DNA from: Podarcis erhardii
Taxonomy: Eukaryota
Assembly: GCA_964252035.1 (NCBI GenBank)
Contig: OZ176200.1
Direction: 5' to 3' (one strand)
DNA: 64,000 nt
Shown: positions 1-10,218 of the stretch, piece by piece
Layout of the letters: each line of letters starts with the position of its first letter
How positions within the stretch are numbered: the first letter of the stretch is position 1
The notes under the pieces: model-generated
What the model was told of the DNA's origin: nothing
Seen by the model: the letters and a program-made list of their open reading frames with translations, nothing else
The model's database searches: none
Program-made: the position numbers and the translations under genes

Positions 1-1240
1 AAGCGCAAGAGGCTGGCAAGAACAAATAAACTCTACTCGCAGCCTGTGAAAACTTGCACACCGTTTTATGATCCATTTGCTCATGACAGTCCATCTGTGG
101 GTTCTCATTTTCTCTCCTCAGCCTATCACCTATGCAGCTGGTTTCCAGAGGAGCCTTCGTCTCCTTCAGAGACTCCAACATCTCTCCTCCTCCTTCCAGA
201 CAGCAGATGAGACAGGGGTTTGTAATTGCCAGAAAGGCTAGGCTCTCAACATTCTTCTGCATAACATATCGGCAGCCAGAGACTTTGCTCATCTCTGAAT
301 ACACAACCATTTCCATGAAGGTCACTGTGAGAAGAAACCCTGAAATTCAGTCATAGTTGTCTGAAAGGTCCTGCTTCGGATAGATTTTCCTCCCCTCTCC
401 TAATTCTTACCACACACTTTGCAGCATCATCAGCCTTCAGTAGGAGCAGACAGTGGCTTGAATCCCACAAGGGAACCCTATTTGTGAAAACAATTGCCAA
501 TACATTCTTTCAGCAATGACTAATGTAAGTATCATCCAATCTAAGAGGGCTTTCGATCATCAGCCAGAGAGTCCTTTTGCACAAACTACCACTGAAACAA
601 AGTAGACAAGTGTTAGACACATTTAGCTGCGGCCTTGGTGTGAACACTTCTCACACTTTGGGTGTTTCCAAGCTGTCACTAATTTTGGGTGGGATTCATA
701 GAATTATAAAATTGTAGTGTTGGAAGGGACCACTAGGATCACCTAGTCCAACCAGAGCCACAGAGCTCCTAATTTTAGGATTCATGTCTAACCAGTGGGT
801 GCATTCTGATGGATCTGAGATGTGGGGTGTTAAAGCAAAGCAGACTTCTCTGATCTGTGGAAGAGATAGAGAACTGGGGGCTGGCCTTCCTCCTCAAGTA
901 AAGCTCACCAGTAAGTCAAGCAAAATGATCCAATAACTTTAAACACAATGTAGCCCCAATGCTGAAAATGATTGTCCTTAGCACTTCCCCTGTTTTCATG
1001 CCTCTGCTGAAAAGGCAAGGGAGCCCCCTCTGAATGCTTCTGTTGGTAGCTTCCTTATGAATACTTCTAGGACAAGTGGAAACAGCTATCCGGTGACGGC
1101 AGACCCAGAGCCCCTCATCCCTCACTGTTCTTCTTTTGTCTTTTGTGAGGCAGAACTGAACCCTTGCTTTCCACAGTGTGTGTGTATGGGGCAGGGCAGG
1201 GGGTACACATACAGAATGAAGAAAAATGAATTATTGCAAA

Positions 1241-1417
1241 GGGCTGTAGCTCAGTGATAGAGCATCTGCCTTGCATGCAGAACATCACAGGTTCAATCCC
1301 TAGCTATTCCAGGCAGGGCTGGGAGAGAACTCTTCTTGAAACCCTGGAGACCATTAACAGTACTAAGCAAAGCAGACCAGTGGCCTGACTCAGCATAAGG
1401 GAGCTTCCTATGTTCCT
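1241..1417 (+). mobile_element. tRNA-derived SINE (Squam3-like)
   Basis: A box TAGCTCAGTG, B box GGTTCAATCC, tail ...CTTCCTATGTTCCT shared with other copies; not a tRNA gene. Confidence 0.75.
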
Positions 1418-3687
1418 GTGCAGCAGTGGGCAGCACAGTTTCTATGCAGCAACCCTTCTGCCTTGACCCTTATGAATGGTTAAAGCAACAGCCATACTCT
1501 GCCATTCTGAAACAGGCAGCTGAAGACTGTAAAAGAGGGATAACATAATCACGGATACTTCAGGTGTCAAGAAGTCTCCAACCAAGACATGGGATTCTGC
1601 TTGCACTAGCTGAAGGAGAAAGGCTGGAGTTTGCTCAAAAGTGCTGGCTTCCACCCATAGCATCCCATGGTGGCCTTATTTGTGATTCACGTACTAAAGG
1701 GTTTTAGTTGATTTTGCCACAGCACAAGCATCTGGGCTTATGTGCCATTTACTTGTGAGTCGGGTTGTTAAGATTGCATCGCCTTTTTCTCATGGTCATG
1801 TCAGATTCCTGTGAAATCTTCCACATGTACCAAGGTTATTTTCCAAGATTGATATCCGAATTGTTAGTGTCTCTGGTTTATTTTTTTAAAGCAACGCAAC
1901 GTGACTTGAATGTGAATTCTGCAATGGTAACAAAATTACTTGCTGCAGATGCATCCAATCACAATCTGTGCTGCATTAGGAGTGCTGCTGAGTCTGCAGA
2001 AATGAGATCTCCCACACCTTATGGACCAGGAGGTGCTTGGCTGTCCACGGCAAGAAGTACTGAAGTTAAACTCTGCTTGTCTGCCTTTCAACTCAATCGG
2101 AAGCATGTTTACTCACAAGTAAGTCCCACCACTTCCAAGGGTGGTGCTTTGGGCCCCTCTCCATTTGGGTTTTCCAGTGCCTGGTGGTGGATGGCAAATA
2201 GGAAAGACAGCACTGAGCACTGTTCTGCCATTCCTGTATTTCTGCTAGTTTAATGATACATTTCCTATCCTGAGATTTCCAAAGGTCTCTGGACTGAAAC
2301 CTGTGAGATACAGATATTATACGGACGATAATAATGCTACCATTGAAGCAAGATCTGAGTGCCAAGCCACAGGTATTTTGAAACCATCTAATCAAATGAA
2401 AACTAACGATCTCTTCTGAGCAAACAGAGAGAATGTTTTGGAATGCCAAATGACCTGTTTGTTGTTTTTTTTTAAAAAAAACCTCACGGAAAGAAGTTTG
2501 CTTTATCATCTGCTACATTTGAGTGGGAGATTTATAACAAACCTCTGCAGTATGATATGATATGGACTACAAATGGGATTATTCACAACCATTTTTTCCC
2601 ATTTGTAACTGTTGTCTGAAGCTCCTGAAGGTCATACATTAAATGGGCCGCCCGTGTCTGTCCTCCTTGAAAAAGAGCAAAAGGGGGGGGGGACGCATTA
2701 CCTTCTGGTGCAGCTGGTTATGCAGGGAAACAATAAATGGGAGAAGTGTTGGGTTGTCCTAAATGGTACAAATTGAATCGCGCTGACATTTTACAGAGCG
2801 GCAAATTGCTTATCTTATTCAAGTGCCTGATTTGTTTGCTTCTTGATGAGTTTTGCACCGTCCTTTGAAAGCAAAAGATAAATCTGGAGGAGGCCGCTGA
2901 GGCTTGCATTTGAAAACAGAAAAGGGGCAGGGAAGGAATCGGTGGATGTATTTCAAAGCATCGGCATTCAAACGGGGTGGGGAGAAGTTTCCTATGAGCC
3001 CCTAATTTTGTGTGGTTTCGGCTTGCGCCGTGCAATAGCAGTTCAAAGCAGGAAGACATGACTGCAAACCAACAGCCGTGTTTCCTATCTACACCCACAA
3101 ATGACTATTTGCCTTCCAGGAATCTTTGTACGATCTGCTACCCCTCCAGTACCTTCCTGCAGGCAATGGCTTGAAACATCTTGAATGACAAACTGCAGGC
3201 ATTCTTTTTTCCCAGTACTGAAAAATGGAGGTGACGTGCCTTCATGACTCTTTCCTTCAGTTTTGCAAACCTGAGGCTATGCTTGCTCTACTTTGGGGAT
3301 GCTGCTGAGCTGCTGAAACTCGGGTGGGGAGAACAGGGGGGTGGAGCATGAAAGGAAGCCCCTTGCAAGTCGAGCCCCAGCTGGTCTCAACAAGGCTCAA
3401 AGGAGCAGTCCTTTAAGTGATGCTTGATAGGTAGAAGGAAGGCTCATGGAGAGGTCTATCTGCTCCAGTGCTCCATTCAAAGTAGACCCATTGTGTGTAG
3501 TGGAGGACATGCACAGTAGATTTCACTCTAAGACTGCAGTTCTATGCATATCCCCTTGGGAGCAATGCACACTGAACCCCATAACGGTTGCTTCTGAACT
3601 GCATTGAAATGGGCTGCAGGAGTTTTTTTTTTCTTGATAGCCCTCAATCCCTGCACCCTATATTTAGACCTATGGACTTCAATTATT

Positions 3688-4080
3688 TGTCAGGGACTGG
3701 CAGGCCTTCAAATAGTCTGTGGCAGAGGCAGGGGACCAGGGGAGTGACCCAGGAGAGGGGACCAGCAATTTATGGGGTTTGATGCCACCCGCGAGGCAGG
3801 AGACAGAGCAGGGGGAGGAAGGAGAGTCAAGGCAGTCTGAGACGAAGAAAGGTGCACCAGGTGTGGTAGAAAAGGAGGCTGGTCAGCTGATAGACAGGTC
3901 AGGATGGGTGCACAACCTGTCAAGGGAGGGTATATAAGCCTGTTGCTGCAACTGCTCTGCAGAGCCTACACCTGGGGACAGCTGCCTAGAGGCTAGAGGC
4001 ATGTGTGCATGTGTATCCAATGTGGATGCACTGAGTGGCCTTTGGCAAGTTTCTGCCTCCGTTCCCAGTCTGTGAACTGG
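3688..4080 (+). mobile_element. LTR-like relic
   Basis: Starts TGTCAGGGACTGG like the 30184 element; GTATATAAG TATA-like at ~3930; right end uncertain. Confidence 0.4.
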
Positions 4081-6710
4081 GAGTACGTACCACACTGCAC
4101 TTTAATGGTTTTCAGGTCATCAGGGCTAGGCAGCATGATGCGTTCCATATGTTGATGAACTGCAGCTCCCATCATCACTGACCACTGGCCATTCTAGCTA
4201 TGGCTGGTGACAGATGGGATGCAATAACATCTGGAGGGCACCAAGTTGCCCACTTCCAAACACTTAGGAGTTCTCATGCATGGATATGCATATAGATTTA
4301 GCACACATTAATCTAGAATAAACGTGAAACATGTGCCAAAAGCAATGTGGATTTAGGTAAGCTTGCCATTTTAGAACACTTTTCTGCTTTGATAGAGCTC
4401 TCAGTTTCATTCCAAATTCCATTTTGGGAAGAATTTACTGACAACTTCCTCATAAGTTAACTTGTAATTCAGGAACTGTGTAGCTTTTCACCTGCAACCT
4501 GTGAAAACTACCAGATTTGATGAACATGTGCAGCCCCATTCTATGCGTGTCTCCTTGGATGTAAGAAACCTGCTGAGTTCTGTGGGACTTACTCTCGGCT
4601 GCAGTTTTATTCCTGTGACTCAAGAGGCCATTGGGAAGACTGTTTCTTGACCCCACTGGACGCCAACCTACTGTACAAATCATCTAACAGCTATTAAAAA
4701 ATGTAAATATTCTCCTTGTGCCACTGAGGTTTCATGAAGTCATGAATTATGAATTGTGAAGTCATGAATTATGAAGACAAGAACTGCCAATTAGCCAGTG
4801 CAAATTATGCATTGTGAATTAGCAAGATGCAGTAGTGAAGATCTCCAGTGTGAATCCTTTGAATGCAATCGCATCTGACTCTCATGTAATGCATTCCTAT
4901 ATATACTGAAGTATATTTTTATCGTAAACTGCTGAGAGATTTTCATTACGTGGTTGCCCCTGTTCCGTGGAGCAGCATTCATGTGGAGATACAGCAGGTG
5001 CTTGCTATCTGTACTTTTCGGAAACAGTTGAAGGCATTTTCATTTTGAAAAGCTTTTTCCAGCTGCATGAAAAGGTTTATCTCCCTTAGATGTTCATTTT
5101 GGATTGTTTTTAAACCCTGTGCCATTTCTAGAAAAAGAGGTGCTGGAACTCACCATGAATGCCTCCCTTGTTCTCTTACAATGGCAATGGCGCCCACCTG
5201 ATAGGTGCCAGAACTGATTTAAGGTGATTTCCAGCTGAAAGAAAGAGAGAGCCCTGTAGAAACCTATCTTCCATTACTTTTTGTACATTATTTTTAGGTG
5301 TTTTGTATGGTATGCTTGAAAATCCCATTGACACACATGTAAAAGGTGATTCAATATATAATACGCTGGGTGGGATTCAACGTGACATTAATAAAATGGG
5401 TCTGTCACTGAAAGCATTTCTGATTGACAGAAGACACAAACTGTCCTCCATGATACCTGCACACTGTTCTGGAGGTTCCTCTGCCCCCACCCCAGAGCTG
5501 ATGTTAGTGTGTGTTCTCGGAGCTTATGGGGGGAGGGTGGGGGGAAGTCTTGTTGCGCTAGGTATAGAATTGAAGCCTAAGGCTATAATCTTATATCCAG
5601 TTTCTTGGGAGTAGGTCCCATCGACTTCTTCTGAAGAGAAACATATAAGATTGTGATGTTAGAGGTAAGAACCTGACATGGCTAACATGTAGTGATTTCA
5701 CTCCGGGCTATCACTGTTTCCTGTCCTTGCAATATACCTGCAGAAACCACCCTGAAAAGATGGGTTGTCCTAAACATCTCAGTCAGTTTCTTTCCATTAA
5801 ATAAACATGATTTTGGAGATTCTTCTGGTGGCTTCCCTATATGGATATTTGCAGAGCTCTGTGTGTTGACCCAATAAAAATGAAGTTTTATTGATTTTTC
5901 TGTCTTCTGCTCATTGTATCTATTTCTGTCGGGTCATGCGTGCCACACAATGGTAGATCATCAATGACAGCCAGGGATGTGATGCCATGTGGCACTAAAT
6001 GTCTGGAAGCAACTTAGTGAAAACGTAGGAAGTGTTATTTTTACATATTCTAATGCAAACGGTGGAAAGTCATTGAGCCTTGCAGGCCCATCAGAAGAAT
6101 AGTCATGAGCCTAAAAGGAAGTGGGGGGGGGAGTGAGTTCTAATACACTGGTACAAATTGTCTCAGCTGCATCCCAAATAATGGACAACAATAATTTTTA
6201 TTTTCCTTGTTATGTAACAAAATGCAGAGTTGTTCTGCCACATCTCTCTCCTGATCTCCTTCTTGCCCTCCTCCCTCCCTCCCTCCCTCCCTCCAGACCT
6301 CATGTAAGTTGATATTTCATATTTATAGTTCCACTGAAATAAACAACATCCTCCAGCCTTTGACTGGGTCCTCCCCTAGCCTCCCTGCAGGAGCCTATCT
6401 TTGTGTATTATAGAGGAAGTTTCCGAGTACTTTGTGGAAGATGAACCGTTTATAGCTATGCCCGGAAAACCTGCCGTTCCTGTGATCCTTACCGAGATAA
6501 ATGATTGATCCTTACCACACAATAGTATAACTGGGGCTGAGCAGCGAAGGTTCTTGTCTTTAGAGAGAATGTGTGTAAGATGAACTGGAATGTGGTCCAC
6601 AACGGGTGGGCACAGAAACTTGGCTCCTCCCAGGGAACAAAACATGCTGCTTGTTGTTCTGAATAAGCTAGTCCAGGGCTATTTTATGACTTGCTTTAGT
6701 TACAGCCTTA

Positions 6711-7078
6711 AAGGTAAAGGTAAAGGTACCCCTGCCCATACGGGCCAGTCGTGTCCGACTCTAGGGTTGTGCGCCCATCTCACTTAAGAGGCTGGGGGCC
6801 AGCGCTGTCCGGAGACACTTCCGGGTCACGTGGCCAGCGTGACGAAGCTGCTCTGGCGAGCCAGCACCAGCACAGCACACGGAAACGCCGTTTACCTTCC
6901 CGCTATAAAGCGGTACCTATTTATCTACTTGCACTTAGGGGTGCTTTCGAACTGCTAGGTGGGCAGGAGGTGGGACTGAACGATGGGAGCTCACCCCGCC
7001 GCGGGGATTCAAACCGCCGACCATACGATCGGCAAGTCCTAGGCACTGCGGTTTTACCCACAGCACCACCCGTGTCCC
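6711..7078 (-). mobile_element. Sauria SINE, full length
   Basis: tRNA-like head at right end, (ACCTTT)n tail, 13-bp TSD AGTTACAGCCTTA (6698-6710, 7079-7091). Confidence 0.92.
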
Positions 7079-7961
7079 AGTTACAGCCTTATTTACCCAT
7101 TATTAGGGATGGAAGGATCTGTCATTTTTTGTTCTCTCAGTTTATCATTTACTGAAAGTTAAATTCAGTTCTCCAGATTTCTGCAGCGATTTACATTTTA
7201 AAAAAATAGCCTCGTGAAAATTCATTAGCATTTTAGTTTGAATTTCTGCCAATAAACACATTTTTCTGTGCAGTTCTGACTAACATACTTTTTTGGGTAA
7301 GCAATTTTTCCTAATGCTAAGAATGGTCATATGTAATTTTCATAGATAATGCTTATGTACAATTTTGCCATATATTGACATTTTTGTAAACACTCTTTGA
7401 TTGGAGAATTGCATTGCGAAATTTGAATTAGTGCAAATTTTCAAGGATGACTGTGATTCTGTTGTCATATTGTTTTGGAAAGTGCAAATTTGATAGATTT
7501 GCTTTTAAACTGAATTGAACTGAATTGAATTACTCCTCCACCTCTACCCATTTTACCTATCCATCCATAGCAAAACTCCATCTCTGGTCATGCACAGCAG
7601 CTAAATGGCCCTGGGTCAAAATGATTATCTGCATTAAAAGGCTAGTCTGGCCAGTTCTCTGGGACCCATTTGAACATTCCATTGTAGATGTCGATATGCA
7701 TTCATACAGAGAGCTGCTTTATTTACTTATTTTTAAAGGTATCTCTGTCCTTTCCTTCCAAAAGAGTCCATGGAAGGAAGCACAACAAAAGTGATAAAAC
7801 AATGCAACTAAAAATGCAATATATTTTTTCAAAAAACATTCAAGATAATGAATTGTAGCTGAGGGATCTCCGAAAAAGTCTCAGCACCCTTAACAAACTA
7901 CAGTTCCCAGGATTCTTAGGGAGAAGCCCTGACTGGTACCATAAAAGGAGTTTAAATGTAT

Positions 7962-7967
7962 AACGTG
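7962..7967. repeat. Target-site duplication AACGTG (left)
   Basis: Same hexamer at 15669-15674 directly outside the other LTR; 6-bp TSDs are typical of alpha/betaretroviral integrases. Confidence 0.93.
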
Positions 7968-8561
7968 TGTAGGAATGAAAATCACGGGAGACGAGCAGTG
8001 GGTGTCACGAGAGGCGTCTGCCGGGAAGTCCCGGGAACTCTCTTTTATTGAATATTACAAACATTGCCACAGGTGTGCTTGTGGCTGATTGGTTGATACA
8101 AACACAAAGAAACTCGTTGCTTATTGGTTAATGCAAATGCAAGGCGGGAATTACATGTGAGGGGTGGGAATTACATGTGAACATTAATCACTGGTAGATT
8201 AAAGGCTGGGAGACGAGGTTGGGACTAGACAAGCATGAAACCTCCTAATTAATAATAACTAAAGATTAATATGGCATAAAACAATTACTAATGATTTATC
8301 ATAACATGAAAGAATACAATAATCAAGTTCTATAGATGTGGTCAGTTATGCATGGAGAACGAGTCACCATGAACTTAAGGTGAACTGAGCGATGAGGGAA
8401 TGTCTTGGTGTTTGGAACAGGTTCGTACAGTGTGTGCAGAAACAGAGAAAAGATTATAAGCAAGACTTCCCAAAATGCAAGAGAAAAGAAGCAATGCTTC
8501 CCATAAGGCCACAGTTATGTGCAGAGGGAAAACATATGTGCAGAAGGAAAACTTCCCTTTA
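7968..8561 (-). repeat. 3' LTR of provirus (594 bp)
   Basis: Preceded on minus strand by PPT; AATAAA at 8044-8049 (minus), CCAAT boxes, octamer. Confidence 0.97.
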
Positions 8562-8580
8562 TCTCCCCCTTTCTTTTCTT
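8562..8580 (-). promoter_or_regulatory. Polypurine tract AAGAAAAGAAAGGGGGAGA
   Basis: Purine-only run abutting the 3' LTR. Confidence 0.92.
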
Positions 8581-8743
8581 ATTTGCGAGGCATACTGGGT
8601 AAGGCAAAAATGTTTCGGGATTAGTGGTGTGCCAGCAAATGCCCGAAATAAGTTCGCCAGGGAGGATGGGACAGAAGATACCACGAGATACGTGGTTTGC
8701 CAGCGCATGCTCGAGATAACTCTGCCCATTTCTCCCCTTTGGT

Positions 8744-10218
8744 TTACTGTTGGTGTTGCCATTTCGCAAGATAAGCAGCAAGGATTTTATTGGGTGGCTG
8801 AGGGGGAGAGAGAAGCCGAGAGAAAAGACTTATGAGGCCAGGAATGCATTGGAGGAAGCAGCAAAACAAAATTAATATACATATAATAACAATGGCATAT
8901 TGAAAAAGACTACGAAGCCAAGTAAAATTTGGCAGCCATGCAGTAAGCCACTGGGTGAAAGAATCCCAGAGACCGGAGAATTCAACATCTTGTTTAATGT
9001 GGTGTGTAAGATTTTGTAAATGGGAGATTTGTTTTTGGATGGCCTTAGAATTGTCAGTGATATTAAAGCAGCACATGTTTTCCACTTGTTCGCATCCGTA
9101 ATGATGGAGCATCAACAGATAATCGACAGCAGCGCGATTCTGCAGGAGGCCATGCCGGAGTTCACTCTGCTCCTTATTCAAAAATGAAGGGCTTGTGAAG
9201 TAAAATTCAAAGCTTTTGCTGCGGAGCAAGCTAAAGAGTTAATATTTCTGCTATTCTGGACAGCCAATCCAGGGACTCCTAAGAGAGAGACAGCTAAAGA
9301 AATATATTCAGTTCTGCTAGGGAGGGAGACGGAATCATCGCAATCGTTATTCAATTCTATAGCACGTCGATATCGAGATCGGGATAAATGATGCTTTTTG
9401 GGTAAAATGATGGACAAACGGCTTAAACAGCAGGGTGTACCGTGGCTAATGTTTGCTGGAATATAATTAAACGTATAGCCAGGACACGACCAGAACCAGC
9501 CTTCAGGCAGCTCTGTATATTTATATATATATGAGATATTTACATAATTAGAGCAATTAAAATTATCCTTACCCATCTCCACACAGTTGGTTTTTGTGCA
9601 ATTGACCATACGGGCACAAGTAACATTAAAAGAAGCCACGTACGGGGTTGACAGATCAATGGCCAAAGGTGGGCGTCGGCGCATTTGGTTACCCCAAAGT
9701 TGGTAACCGTCATAACCAAGGGTGCGGAGAGAGTCATTTTGGGGTAGGGACGAGAACCACCAGGTGTCATTTTGTATATCAAAGGGATCGTGACAAACAG
9801 GGATAAGGCAAGAACCAAGGATTTCGCCGATGGATACTTGCTGGGTGAGGCAGAAAGAAGAAACATTAAGGGTTTTTGCAAAAGATTCCCACACATTTAT
9901 TGGTGTGGAATCACCGCCGTTAGGAGCGGAGGCTGAGAGGGGCAAAAACAAAACACTAAAAATGAGCACTATCATGGAATTTATGTTAAGACAGGAGATG
10001 AGACACAAAAGCAAATTATTAGGGGTCGCTTCAAGCTGCTGTTCCTTTCTAAGCTGTTCAGCTTGAAATGAAAGTGATTTTATTTGGCCCCACGTCACTG
10101 GTCCATTACGGTTTCCCCGCTTGCGAGTCCTGGGGGGAGCGGGCGTCGCATCCTGGGTGATCTGCAGCTGACCGTCGAACTGCGGTATTGGATTCTGCAG
10201 AGCCTGTTGCCAAGCCAT
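8744..10218 (-). CDS. env: Retroviral Env (Rec/Rem-like signal peptide, ASLV-type SU and TM), interrupted by a 1-nt break at A5 run 9180-9184; ~491 aa if repaired
   Basis: ATG 10218 in good Kozak context after acceptor TTTCTACTCCACAG (10259); RYRR furin site 9364-9375; Cys-flanked internal fusion peptide; LQNRAAVDYLL ISD; CEQVENMCC (CX6CC); TM anchor AIVIICILILFCC. Confidence 0.95.

Noticed and set aside
1241-1312. tRNA-like sequence
   Set aside because: Continues into a SINE body and tail shared with several other copies; no proper acceptor stem. SINE head, not a tRNA gene
1765-2253. 162-aa plus-strand ORF
   Set aside because: TTG start, no recognisable domain or exon context; consistent with chance
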